Assembly (NCBI GenBank): GCA_951406725.2 | Contig: OX597818.1 | Span: 120,218,001 to 120,282,000 of the forward strand | Length of the DNA: 64,000 nt | Direction: 5' to 3' | Origin: Octopus vulgaris | Lineage: Eukaryota | Part shown: one piece after another, positions 25,335 through 40,571 of the stretch | Numbering within the stretch: the stretch's first letter is position 1 | How the letters are laid out: each line of letters opens with the position of its first letter | Notes under the pieces: model-generated | What the model saw: the letters and a program-made list of their open reading frames with translations, nothing else | Told to the model about the DNA's origin: nothing | The model's database searches: none | Translations under genes and position numbers: made by a program

Positions 25335-25543
25335 TAAAATGTCTGGCTTAAGGACACGATGCGCTGCCGGGAATAGAACTCGTGACTTTACAACTGTAAG
25401 CCGAATATCTTAAGCACTAAGCCACGCGCCTTCGCCTAGACAGAGAAGGGGGAATTGAAGAGAAGGAGGGGAGAGAGACGAGGAGAGGGGAAGAGAGCAT
25501 GTCTGTGTATGTATGTTATGTGTGTGCGTGCGTGCGTGCGTGC

Positions 25544-25600
<57 letters not shown>

Positions 25601-26186
25601 TCGTTGTATTTCTTCCTTCTACCACCTTGTCTTTACGTCACGCCTATTTCTTTGTATACGCATTATTACTGGTTTTAATAATGATTACCGATTGAATGAA
25701 TACCACATTTGAAATAAGTTCCGAAGTTGATTTGATAGACTAACCTTGTGGTTTTCAACCAATTTTTACCTATGGGTACCTTTCATTTTACTCTACTGGA
25801 CCCTCATAGCCATCTGATGTTCCAAATCAATTATATTTTCATAATTAAATATCATTCTTTTATTTGTTTCAGTCATTTGACTACGGCCATGCTGGAGCAC
25901 CGCCTTTAATTGAATAAATCGACCCCAGAACTTAATCTTTGTCAGCCTAGTACTTATTCTATCGGTCTCTTTAATAAATGTCTGGCTTAAGGACACGATG
26001 CGCTGCCGGGAATAGAACTCGTGACTTTACAACTGTAAGCCGAATATCTTAAGCACTAAGCCACGCGCCTTCGCCTAGACAGAGAAGGGGGAATGGAAGA
26101 GAAGGAGGGGAGAGAGACGAGGAGAGGGGAAGAGAGCATGTCTGTGTATGTATGTTATGTGTGTGCGTGCGTGCGTGCGTGCGTGC

Positions 26187-26247
<61 letters not shown>

Positions 26248-26620
26248 TCGTTGTATTTCTTCCTTCTACCACCTTGTCTTTACGTCACGCCTATTTCTTT
26301 GTATACGCATTATTACTGGTTTTAATAATGATTACCGATTGAATGAATACCACATTTGAAATAAGTTCCGAAGTTGATTTGATAGACTAACCTTGTGGTT
26401 TTCAACCAATTTTTACCTATGGGTACCTTTCATTTTACTCTACTGGACCCTCATAGCCATCTGATGTTCCAAATCAATTATATTTTCATAATTAAATATC
26501 ATTCTTTTATTTGTTTCAGTCATTTGACTACGGCCATGCTGGAGCACCGCCTTTAATTGAATAAATCGACCCCAGAACTTAATCTTTGTCAGCCTAGTAC
26601 TTATTCTATCGGTCTCTTTT
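25335..26620. repeat. Near-identical ~640-bp tandem duplication
   Basis: 25335-25972 is repeated from 25973 to ~26620. The visible differences are microsatellite length and about one substitution. Confidence 0.95.
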
Positions 26621-26731
26621 GCCGAAGCGCTAAGTTACGAGGGCGTAAACATGCAAACATCGGTTGTCAAGCGATGATGGGGAGACAAACACAGACTCAC
26701 AAACATATGCACACACACGCACACACACATA

Positions 26732-26766
<35 letters not shown>

Positions 26767-26929
26767 GACGGTTTTCTTTCACTTTCTGTCTACCAAATCC
26801 ACTCACAAGGTTTTGGTCGGCCCGAGGCTATAGCAGAAAACACATGCCCAAGGTGCCACGCAGTGGGACTGAACCCGGAATCATGTGGTTGGTAAGCAAG
26901 CTACTTACCACACAGCCACTCCTACGCCT
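26502..26929 (-). mobile_element. SINE family A, full length
   Basis: Complete element; its 3' part is included in the tandem duplication. Confidence 0.9.
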
Positions 26930-27558
26930 ATATAACGCACCAAGAAAAGAAAAATCCGGAACTGAGTCTTCCTCACCAACCACCCACCCATCTGCATGGA
27001 GTATTCAAGAAAAAGAGATGGTAAAACACTGATAGTTGTGATGGGGTGGTAATCGCTCCCTTCTGCTCTTCGTCTCACGCTAATTATTTCTTCTTACCAC
27101 ACACATACGCACACACAATTTCGAAGAAGTTATTTTCGGTTTAACTGAGAAATATTTATCCGTATAATTGGTATAACATTCTGTTTCCGTAAGTTATTTT
27201 TAAATTCTATTTCCATTGTTGATTTTGGCAATTCAAGTGCTTTCACAAAGTTATTTGCAAAGCAATCTGTACATAATTGTATTCTTGATTCTTCGGCTGT
27301 TTCCGTAAATCACTACATTCTACCTCTCAGTGTGAACGCAATTTAATACACATCTACCCTTCTCTCTGCTGCTTGCTGTCACAAATCCTGGTTGACAGAC
27401 TTTTATGTACAACCGTCTCACGGAAATTCACTATATCTTCCGAAAATTCAGAATTCACTCTTCCCCTCTCTCTCCTCCTCCTCTCTCTATCTCTCTTTCT
27501 CTCTCTGTCTTTCAATCTGTTCCAGAATACGCGTGTGTAGATGTATGTATGCATGTAC

Positions 27559-27589
<31 letters not shown>

Positions 27590-27854
27590 TGTATGTATGT
27601 ATGTATGTATGTATGTATGTATAGAGAGAGAGGGAGAGAGAAAGAGAGATGGATAGATAGATAGATTGATAGTTATGTGTATGTATGCGTATGTGCGTGT
27701 GTATACACGCACAAGTGTTTACATTATAAATATGCACATACACACATATTTACATATATGTTAATATGTGTATATGTACATATATACATGCACGCGTGTG
27801 TGTGCGTGTGTGTACATGCACACATATATACATACATACATGCACACACATATG

Positions 27855-27907
<53 letters not shown>

Positions 27908-29382
27908 TCTTTATGTGACTATACATAAACACACGCACGTATAGAGGTGCATATGTATATGTATGAACCCAGACACACACATCACATATATGTACGTGTG
28001 CCTTGAATTGTATTTCTGATTTTAAGATGGAGTTATTACTCAAACGCTTAAATTATGGAAGGTTGCAGCGTAACACTATATAAGTAAAATATTCGCAAAT
28101 AGTCCAAAATATGATAACTTTCAAAATTTGATTGATTGCCGAAAAACTATTTGAAAAAGTGTCACTCATTAGCATCTGTATTACATTTGACATATTCTTA
28201 CATTTACTCAGAAAAACGCCTGATATTTTTATGCCTTCTGCAAAACATATGTGTGGAATATATTTCAGCAAGAACGGTGAATGTTCTCATGTATTTCGTT
28301 CTGCAAGGTAACCCATCAAATTTTTGTGATTAATTACATTTCGATGAGTATTTTTGCTTATGTATTGTTACGCTGATTCTTGACTTCAGTCGTCTGAATA
28401 ACCAGCAACGCGAAACTTAGAATTATCATTTATATATCTTTTATTTCTGGTAAAACATAAACGGCTTATGTATTGTGTAATCCCTTCCTTGCTGTAAGCA
28501 CAACCGTTCACCCATCTCTACCCACGTTGTACAGGGTTTAGAAAATGGATAAATAACTTTCCGGATTCATATAGACACATACAGCTGTTTTCCCGTTTTC
28601 TGAGGAGTACATACTTACCTCACTCCTGGACGGGACGCCGGTCCGTCTCGGACTGGAGTGGAGCAACATGAAATGGAGTATTTTGCTCAAGAGCACTACG
28701 CGTCATCCGGACCAAGAATCGAAAGCATAATATTACGACTTCGAGTCAAACACCCTACCCACTAACCCACGCGTCTCCTCAACACACGTCGCAAGCGCGC
28801 CTGTGTATACACATCATGCAGATACATATATACATAGGTATCTATGTGTGTGTGTGTATACATACATACATACATACACACATACATACACACATACATA
28901 CATACATACATACATACATACATGTATTCATGCATGCATGCATACATACATGCATGCATACATACATATATACATACATACATACATACACACATACACA
29001 CATGCATACATACACGCATAATGCATATATACATACATGCATTCATACATACAAGCATACATGTGTACATACATACATACACACACACACACGCACACAC
29101 ACACACACACACATACACACACACACTGTTTCCAGCATGCCAAATACGTGTTCGCTCCGGAAGAAACTGCTTGACACAAATTCTACAACAATGCAACCAA
29201 TTCCTGAGATGCTTATTATCTGGATAAAAAATCTCGACTGCATCTATCTTTCATATCACGAAATGGCTCGACGATGTCGGCACCGACATTTTTATATGTC
29301 ATACTAAAGTATTTCTGTATAATAAAATTTCGGCATTCGAGTGTTACGTTTATTCTTATTCATTCTCTTTACTCATTTACTT

Positions 29383-29604
29383 TTTACTATTTTGCTTGTT
29401 TCAGTCATTTGACTGTGGCCATGCTGGAGCACCGCCTTTAGTCGAGCAAATCGACCCCAGGACTTATTCTTTGTAAGCTTAGTGCTTATTCTATCGGTCT
29501 CTTTTGCTGAACCGCTAAGTTACGGGGACGTAAACACACCAGCATCGGTTGTCAAGCGATGGGGGGGGGGGGGCCCACAAACACAAACACAAACACATAC
29601 ACAC

Positions 29605-29668
<64 letters not shown>

Positions 29669-30264
29669 GGATGCGTGATATATATATCTTTATATATAAA
29701 AGTAAAGTTGTGTGTCTGTCTCCTACGATTTAGATTCCTAACTACTCCCACATTTTGCGGTGCAGTGTAACCAAAACCGGGTATCTTATAGTCGTGATTC
29801 ATATCGAGCCCTTCTGGGTATTAGCGCGCGTCTACGATGAGTCTAAGATTTTAAAAATAATTTACCATAATTTTTTTCCATTTTAATGCATTTTTTCGCT
29901 ATTATATAAGGGAAGTAACTCTCTAAAAATGTCTACGATGAGTCAACGATTTTAAAAAAAAATTTACCATCATTTTTTTCCCATTTTTAATGCATTTTTT
30001 TGCTATTCTTTGGCTATTACTCTCTAAAAATGCTTTATTGTTATTTCCCTTACAAACCCGAGCAACGCCGGGCAATACTGCTAGTATATATATAAATCAC
30101 GCATCCATTTCCAAGTATATATACGTTTTATTTATTATTTTGCATATTACTTAATCATCGTTATATGTTTTATCTTATATTTAATCTTTATATAATATGT
30201 AATTTTCTGGATGGTATAATTTAATTTTTCATTTTTGAATTGATGAAACGTGGGTTTTTTTCTA

Positions 30265-30316
<52 letters not shown>

Positions 30317-30688
30317 GAAGCACTCCGTCGGTTACGACGACGAGGGTTCCGGTTGATCCGAATCAACGGAACAGCCTGCTCGTGAAATTAACGTGTAAGT
30401 GGCTGAGCAATCCACAGACACGTGTACCCTTAACGTAGTTCTCGGGGATATTCAGCGTGACACAGAGAGTCCGCTGCCCTAACCACTGGGCCATTGCGCC
30501 TCCACATATATATATATACATATATACGACGGACTTCTTTCAGCTTCTGTCTACCAAATCCACTCACAAGGCTTTGGTCGGCCCGAGGCTATAGTAAAAG
30601 ACACTTGCCCATGGTGCCACGCAGTGGGACTGAACCCGGAAGCATGTGGTTGGTAAGCAAGTTACTTACCACACAACCACTCCTATGC
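29383..30688 (-). mobile_element. SINE family A split at its internal microsatellite by a Helitron and a SINE C fragment
   Basis: The 3' body (29383-29610) and head (30520-30688) are colinear, with inserts between them. Confidence 0.75.
29687..30084 (+). mobile_element. Non-autonomous Helitron, copy 2 (internal ~100-bp tandem duplication)
   Basis: TC start, CCCGagcaacgcCGGG hairpin, CTAG end; GTCTACGATGAGTC...CTCTCTAAAAATG is present twice (~29830 and ~29931). Confidence 0.82.
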
Positions 30689-31885
30689 CATTTATTTTTT
30701 TTTAAAGATTGATGCGAAATGATGCCCAGTGGTAATCTAATTGAAAATCAGCAGCAATCACTGGAGTACAACAAAGTATTGTGTTTAGACGCCTTTTGTT
30801 TCGAATGAGACGACTAGGCGCAGCCGTTTGGACGCTGGCAATTTAATACGGCTGATTGGATATTGAAGCCTATTTTGGCGCCCCCACCACACACACATAT
30901 AGACACACATATTTTGGTGCATACGGAGAAACAGAGACAGAAAGAGAAAGAAAGAAGGACAGAGATATAAGGAAAGAGAGAAAGAAAGATAGAAAGATAA
31001 AGAAAGTGGGAGAGAGAGGAGGAGAAGGAGGGAGAGAAACACAGGTTGAAAGCGTGAAATAGAAAGAAAGAGGGAGAGAGAAGGAAAAGTGAAACATTAA
31101 AATAGCTGATGTTAAACATGTCAACAACTAATTAGAGACGCCAAACAGGCGGCACCAAAACGGCTTTTCCAAAACGTCCATTACCCGTACTGAGAACTTT
31201 CTTTACAAAAAACCCAACAGCGATGTTAATATTCTGACGATAACCTATCTTAAATGAGTTAGACCATTGCTCACAACTGTGATCTCACAATAGTTCAGAA
31301 CTACTGCAAGCATTCCGTCTCCACATACATACATATATATGCCGACCGCCAACACCTCTTATGTCCATCTCCTATGTTCCTGCCTTTAGGCTTTCACTTC
31401 ATACACGCCAGCTCAACTGGATTCGTTTTCAGTCGAAAGACACCTGTTGTTATTTTCTTGTTGTTTGTATTCGTAATTGTGTATCATGTTTTCTGGGGTT
31501 TTTTTTTTTTTTTGTCTTTTTGTGTACCATGTTCTCCGCTTTTTGTCCTTGTTGCCGTACACATTCGATAGCTTTCTTACAAAGGGGTCTAATGTTCTTA
31601 GCTTAGACATTTTGTGGGGTAACCAGATCGAACCGTCTCAAGTGTAACTGCCCGAAACGATCGTGACTTCTTGTACTTGACTGAGGAAAGAAGGCCACGA
31701 ATGATCGGTCTTTGTTTGCCTGTCCTTTCTAACTGTGTATATACATACACACACACATATATACATACATATATCTACATATACACACGCACACACATAT
31801 ATATACATATATTTATATATATATATATGCATATATTCATAAATAGACATATATATATATATATATATATACACTCACACACACA

Positions 31886-31964
<79 letters not shown>

Positions 31965-31968
<4 letters not shown>

Positions 31969-32670
31969 TATATATCGACTTTGCAAAGGCCTTTGATAAA
32001 GTCGATCATGGAATGATATGTCACAAACAGCGTGATCTCGGCATTGCTGGGAAATTGGGAGAATGGCTGCATGACTTTCTGAAGGATAGAAATCAGGTAG
32101 TAGTAGCCAATGGGGCAACCTACATTGGCAAGCAAATATTAAGCGGTGTTCCGCAAGGCACTGTTTTGTGAGCACTACTGTTCATAATGAATCTCTCATC
32201 CATGCCCTCAGCCACACAGAGAGCCACGATCACAAGTTATGCAGATGATACAAAAGTCTCACTGGCGATACAGAACCATGAAGACACTATGCACCTACAA
32301 TGTGAGTTGGATGAAATATAGAAGTGGGCTGAGAAGAATAGCATGCAGTTTAATGCTGAAAAGTTTCAAGCCTTGTGCTATCAGCATGCAAAACTAAATG
32401 CAACACCAATTAAATACACTGGGCCTGGAGAGATTGCAATCCCAGAGACACAGTGAGTGCGATACCTGTGCTTTTGCATGAGTAATAATGCATCCTTCCG
32501 TGTGTATGTTGTTAAATTAGTAATGAAATGCAGACTGCTGACTGGATGGATTCTTAGAACTTTTTTAACGAGAGATCAGGAAACAATGATGGTCCTCTGG
32601 AGGACATTTGTTCTAAGCTGCTTTGACTATTGCTTCCAAGTGTCCCAGACGAATCAACTTCACAGCAGGA
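31965..32670 (+). pseudogene. CR1-clade LINE reverse transcriptase fragment
   Basis: LYIDFAKAFDKVDHG..WLHDFLKDRNQVV..SGVPQGTVL*ALLFI..SYADDTKV..KWAEKNSMQFNAEKF, with several stops. Confidence 0.92.
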
Positions 32671-32823
32671 AGTGTAAATGAGGGCAGCAGCGTCAAACTC
32701 TCTTATGCACCAAGCGTCAATTTCCCAAAAGAATTAGTGAAGTAAAAGTATGTAGCAACACCAATGGCCCCAGCATGACCACAGCATGTGAGCTGAAACT
32801 AAATCAAATGAAAAAATATCTAT

Positions 32824-32967
<144 letters not shown>

Positions 32968-32969
32968 AC

Positions 32970-33010
<41 letters not shown>

Positions 33011-33454
33011 TATACACACACAAATATACTTATGTTTCTTTTTTTCTTTCCGTTGCAGCTGGAACAAAGAAGACGTGTTCTTGTCTGTCTCCTGTCCAAG
33101 CTCAATTTGCGTGTTCGCCACCACAACCTCGTTTAGGCTTAGCAGCTCCTCCTGTTTGTTTTCACGGTCCTGTGTGTGTTACCAATTTTGACCCTCTGCA
33201 AAATCCCAAATTTTATTTAATTTGCTTTGCAGATACAACTGTTTTATCGAAAGAATATACTGTTAAGTGCTCGAAATACGAGACTAGAAAAACAGCCAAC
33301 AACAGATGAATGGTCGTTCTTTATGTTGTTTGTCTTATTTTCCATTTGTGTCTTTCGTTGTTCCGAAAAATAGTTCATATTCCATGTACTTGTACTTCGT
33401 ATTTTTCTGTTATGCATGTTTCGCGACGTACTGTGCCCAAATATGCACACACAC

Positions 33455-33508
<54 letters not shown>

Positions 33509-33551
33509 GCATATATATGTATGTATTTATATATTTGTATATATATGTATG

Positions 33552-33582
<31 letters not shown>

Positions 33583-33840
33583 ATATGGTGATATATATAT
33601 TTGTATATATATATATATATATATATAATAATAAATCTCTGAACGAGATATAAACAGTAACTGCTCGACAACGTAAGGGGTATCAGCCATCTGAATGTGG
33701 CTAGGGACTGGGCGGGGTGGTGGGGTGTTACTGATGCTTTTAGCCCCAGGCGATCAACGTCACCAGAAGGACTGACACTATCTCAGTGTCCTTTTTTGTT
33801 TGTAAAGGGAGGTCATCCTCCCTCGAAGATCCGGGTACTA

Positions 33841-33883
33841 CATACGGACTAGTTTCGAGGTCATTGCCTCTTGTCAACGTATG
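33841..33883 (-). ncRNA. Minimal type I hammerhead ribozyme, U3-A8 variant (minus-strand copy)
   Basis: Exact reverse complement of 34274-34316. Confidence 0.85.
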
Positions 33884-34273
33884 GTAAGCACCGGTCTTCG
33901 ATGAAGGATTCCCTCTACAAACAATATATATAACGTTTTATCACAGTAACCACTGTCACTGATGTAGAAAAACTGTCTGAAAACAATAATAAATCTCTGA
34001 ACGAGATATAAACAGTAACTGCTCGACAACGTAAGGGGTATCAGCCATCTGAATGTGGCTAGGGACTGGGCGGGGTGGTGGTGTGTTACTGATGCTTTTA
34101 GCCCCAGGCGATCAACGTCACTAGAAGGACTTCGAGCAGTTACTGTTTATATCTCGTTCAGAGATTTATTATTGGTTTCAGACAGTTTTTCTACATCAGT
34201 GACAGTGGTTACTGTGAAAAACGTTATATATATTGTTTGTAGAGGGAATCCTTCATCGAAGACCGGTGCTTAC

Positions 34274-34316
34274 CATACGTTGACAAGAGGCAATGACCTC
34301 GAAACTAGTCCGTATG
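34274..34316 (+). ncRNA. Minimal type I hammerhead ribozyme, U3-A8 variant
   Basis: CATACG-TTGACAA-GAGG-caatga-CCTC-GAAACTAGTC-CGTATG: perfect 6-bp stem I, 4-bp stem II, palindromic stem III ACTAGT, GUC triplet. Confidence 0.85.
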
Positions 34317-34490
34317 TAGTACCCGGATCTTCGAGGGAGGATGACCTCCCTTTACAAACAAACAAGGACACTGTGATAGTGTCAGTCCTTCTGGTGACGT
34401 TGATCGCCTGGGGCTAAAAGCATCAGTAACACCCCACCACCCCGCCCAGTCCCTAGCCACATTCAGATGGCTGATACCCTCTACGTTACG

Positions 34491-34553
<63 letters not shown>

Positions 34554-36659
34554 TATATATATATATTCTCGAGTATAACCAGATGAAATTGCAAAGATAA
34601 TCAGGAACTCGACTGGGGATAGAAAACTTCGATTGATTCGTCCTTGTTTTCCTTGTATCGTCTGTCTGGATATTTTGTTGTCCCTCTTTTGTTTCACCTG
34701 TCTGGATATTTTGCGTTCATGTCCCATTTTTGTAAATTAGTTTTTCATCAACCCTCATCGTTTGTTTTTATTGTTATTCTCCTTGTCCTGTCTTTTACTG
34801 TTTTTATTTGTATTGTTTTTACTGTCCTGTTCTTGTTACCACTTTTACCCCTCCGCAAAAAATCTCAAATTTTATTTAATTTGCTTTGCGGGAAGGACTG
34901 TTTCAACGAAGTCGCGTCTTGCACCTACCTTCGAAACGCGGAGTAGCCGAAACAGGGGCAACTGAAGAAGGGGAATATTCCTTGTGTTGTATGTTTTGTA
35001 CTCTGTTTTTCCGTTGTTTGAAAAAAGTCCGTTTCCATGTTTTTGTTTTTATGTTTTCGTTTCTCATTGTGTTCAACGTTTTTTTGGTGTCCTGCACCCA
35101 TATATGCTTGTATATATACATATAGATGTGGGTATGTACATATATATACATATATGCATATGTTTTATATATTACTTTGTTATTATATATATATGTATGT
35201 ATTTGTATATATATATGTATGTATATGTATATTCCCTTATCAATGTTTGAACGAACTAAAAAAAAGACATCATTCATGATTTTGCTAAATACAAATGTGA
35301 TTGATAAAATAAGGCGAACAATAGTTTTCTATATATTTCTTTTAAATTTTAAACTTTAAAGCAGTTTTTCCATAAGGGATAAAAAAAGTTCTGCAAAGTG
35401 TGGAAATAAGTGTTATTTGATATCCACTGTGCTACGAAGTTAAATAATAAGAGCCTCTTGTCTAAACTGTGATGTATTAGAAGATTTTCTTGGACCAGAG
35501 TTCACTCTTGAACTAATTGCGAAAGAAAGAAAGATATTGTGAGAAAACTATCAGAGACCGCCGAGAAAAAAAATTGCAGAAGATTCGAAATCAAATCGGC
35601 AAATTGCCAAGTTAAAATCACAGCTTAATAACAGCCTTTTCACGTGATCGGTTGAGTTATGGACAAATCAGTATCGTGACATCAAGTTGTGCAAATTTCT
35701 AGAATCTCCGAAAACGTCTCTTTACAAGGCTTATAAATAGCCGTATTTTTACTGCCAACTTTGGTAAGTGTCGAGGACGACCGGATGAAATGAATCTTCA
35801 CTCTTGCAAAGCATGTTGGGCAGAGACTGGCTGATTCACTTCACACATCTCACATTTTGCCTCAGTTTGTAGACGATAGCAGCGAAGCGAACTACATTGT
35901 CATTTCTTGCATTTAGCTCGTTCTAATAACTCCTTGCTTAACCTAGTAGACAGCAGCTATTGTTTACAATCCTGAATCCAGCGTGGTATTTTTTCTCTTA
36001 TCATGACAGCTTATTTAAAGAGCCAACTTAAAAAGCTATTTTGTAATAACTACAGAATTGTCCTTCCAGAGTGTAAACTTTATTGTGTGATGAATAAAAT
36101 TCTGTTAATTGCTCACGAGTGTTGTGCATTCCCTATGCGCAGCATGCTCCCATCTCAGCCACCATCATCTCTTATCTTTCACTCCATGGCCATCGTGACA
36201 TAGGCAATCACACCACGTGACAAAGCTATGGCATCAGGAGAGAGAGAGAGAAAGAGGAAGAGGTAGAGGGGATGAACAGTACAGCGAGAACGAGAATAGG
36301 TGATGGTAGAAACAGCTGGCCAAGAGTCACAACAACTGACTCAGCAAAGCTTCTGCTGTTGTGCACCGGTTTCGGGACCTGCATCGGAGGGTAACTCCGC
36401 GCAGCTCTGCTGTCGCAGTGGAAGGGTCTGAAGCCCCTGCTAAGCCACTTCGCTTCGTACATTCAAAGACAGAGTACAACAGCATTCTCAGCACACAAGT
36501 GTTTACCATAAATAGTCAGAATTGCAACGAGGTATTTGTTTACTTCTCTCTCGGAGGGAAGACAAGCGCAGTAAAACACGAATCCATCTTGTATGGTATT
36601 TCATACACTTTTATTCGTCTTTATAACGCATGTTCACAGTTTTGTTTAAATTCACCCTC

Positions 36660-38600
<1,941 letters not shown>

Positions 38601-38892
38601 TTAAATAAAGATAAATGATTAGACAGAGGCGTATGCCTGCCTTCATAAGTATATCCGTGCAGGCTTTCTCGCGCAGATAGGCATGTAAACTTACCCGTTT
38701 ATATTTTATTTATTCACACAAAGATCTTGTTACCGACATACCTCAAAATATGTACACTTGCGTCAATTTACGCCCAGATAACCGTTAGAATAGCATAACA
38801 AGACTTAGCTTAATACCTCACGCATCTGCCTTGCATACAGCCACGTGCCTGCGCGCGAACTTACACACACGCACTGTATGTATTTCTCTTTT

Positions 38893-39286
38893 CTCTTTTA
38901 CTTGTTTCAGTCATTTGACTGCGGCCATGCTGGAGCACCGCCTTTAGTCGAGCAAATCAACCCCGGGACTTATTCTTTTTGTAAGCCCAGTACTTATTCT
39001 ATCGGTCTCTTTTTGCCGAACCGCTAAGTTACACGGACGTAAACACACCAGCATCGGTTGTCAAGCAATGCTAGGGGGACAAACACAGACACACAAACAC
39101 ACACATATATATACATATATACGACAGGCTTCTTTCAGTTTCCGTCTACCAAATCCACTCACAAGGCATTGGTCGGCCCGGGGCTATAGCAGAAGACACT
39201 TGCCCAAGATGCCACGCAGTGGGACTGAACCCGGAACCATGTGGTTGGTTAGCAAGCTACTTACCACACAGCCACTCCTGCGCCTA
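38893..39286 (-). mobile_element. SINE family A, full length, low divergence
   Basis: 5' end AGGCGCAGGAGTGGCTGTGTGGTAAG at ~39286 on the minus strand; complete body. Confidence 0.92.
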
Positions 39287-39660
39287 TGTCTATTAATTTT
39301 TTTTTTTTTGCCCACAAGGGGCTGAACATAGAGGGGACAAACAAGGACAGACAAACGAATTAAGTCGATTACATCGACACCAGTGTCTAACTGGTACTTA
39401 ATTTATCGACCCCGAAAGGATGAAAGGCAAAGTCGACCTCGGCGGAATTTGAACTCAGAACGCAGCAGCGGACGAAATAACACAAAGCATTTAGCCCGGC
39501 TTGCTAACGATTCTGCCAGCTATGAAGATAAATGATTATGTATGCGTGCATGTATGTATGTTTGTATATATATGTATGTATGTTTGTATACATGTATGCT
39601 TATATGTAGGTATGTATGCATAGGTATCTAACCATCCATTCACATAATCGCGCGCACAAA

Positions 39661-39759
<99 letters not shown>

Positions 39760-40571
39760 GCATATATATATATATAATATACTAGTTGTGCGGTAGTAGC
39801 TTGCTTACCAATCACATGGTTCCGGGTTCAGTCCCACTGCGTGGCACCTTGGGCGAGTGTCTTCTACTATAGCCTCAGGCCGACCAAAGCTTTGTGAGTG
39901 GATTTGGTAGACGGAAACTGAAAGAAGATCACCCTATATATTTATATGTATATGGTTTTTTAATATATAAGTATAATATTTTTTAAATGCCTACAACCTT
40001 AGTATGCTGACATCTATAGGCAATGAGAATTAAATTTACTTTTGATCATAGGCTGAAACAGCTGTAAGAAGTATTTTTAGGATTTCATTAATTTATACTA
40101 TGACTTTTAAAATCTGTATTTGTATTATTATCTTATGATTTATATAATATTTTTGTATGCTTTTAATGTTCTCATTTGTAAAATGAATAAATAATCCAAC
40201 ATTGTAATATTTTTTTTTTTTTGTACTTGTTTCAGTCATTTGACTGCGGCCATGCTGGAGCACCGCCTTTTAGAGTGGTGAGAGAGTACAGCAGGGATCA
40301 CCACCTCCTGCCGGAGCCTCGTGGAGCTTTTAGGTGTTTTTTCGCTCAATAAACACACACAACGTTATCCATAAGTTGATGCACAAACCAAATTTGTTTC
40401 TCCATTTTCTCCATATATATATATAAATTGAGATAGGGGTTGTAAATGCAACCCTCCATGGGATAATATATATCCAATATACTGCTAGTATAAATGATAA
40501 GGATTGCGATGCAATCAATTCATTTACTGTATTATATGGGCAAAGGTAAAATGATTTACCACAAATTACTA

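Larger units (their letters stand above)
33627..34487. mobile_element. Retrozyme/Penelope pLTR-like non-coding element: 358-nt monomer x1.4 (minus) plus one inverted monomer (plus), in (TA)n
   Basis: 33985-34131 repeats 33627-33773; 34132-34487 is the reverse complement of ~33670-34026. Each full monomer carries one HHR. Confidence 0.85.

Noticed and set aside
34890-34975. Hammerhead at GAAACGCGGAGTA / CTGAAGA
   Set aside because: Core elements are not in a foldable order or spacing; at best a degenerate relic. The same applies to 42660-42725 and 51235-51280.
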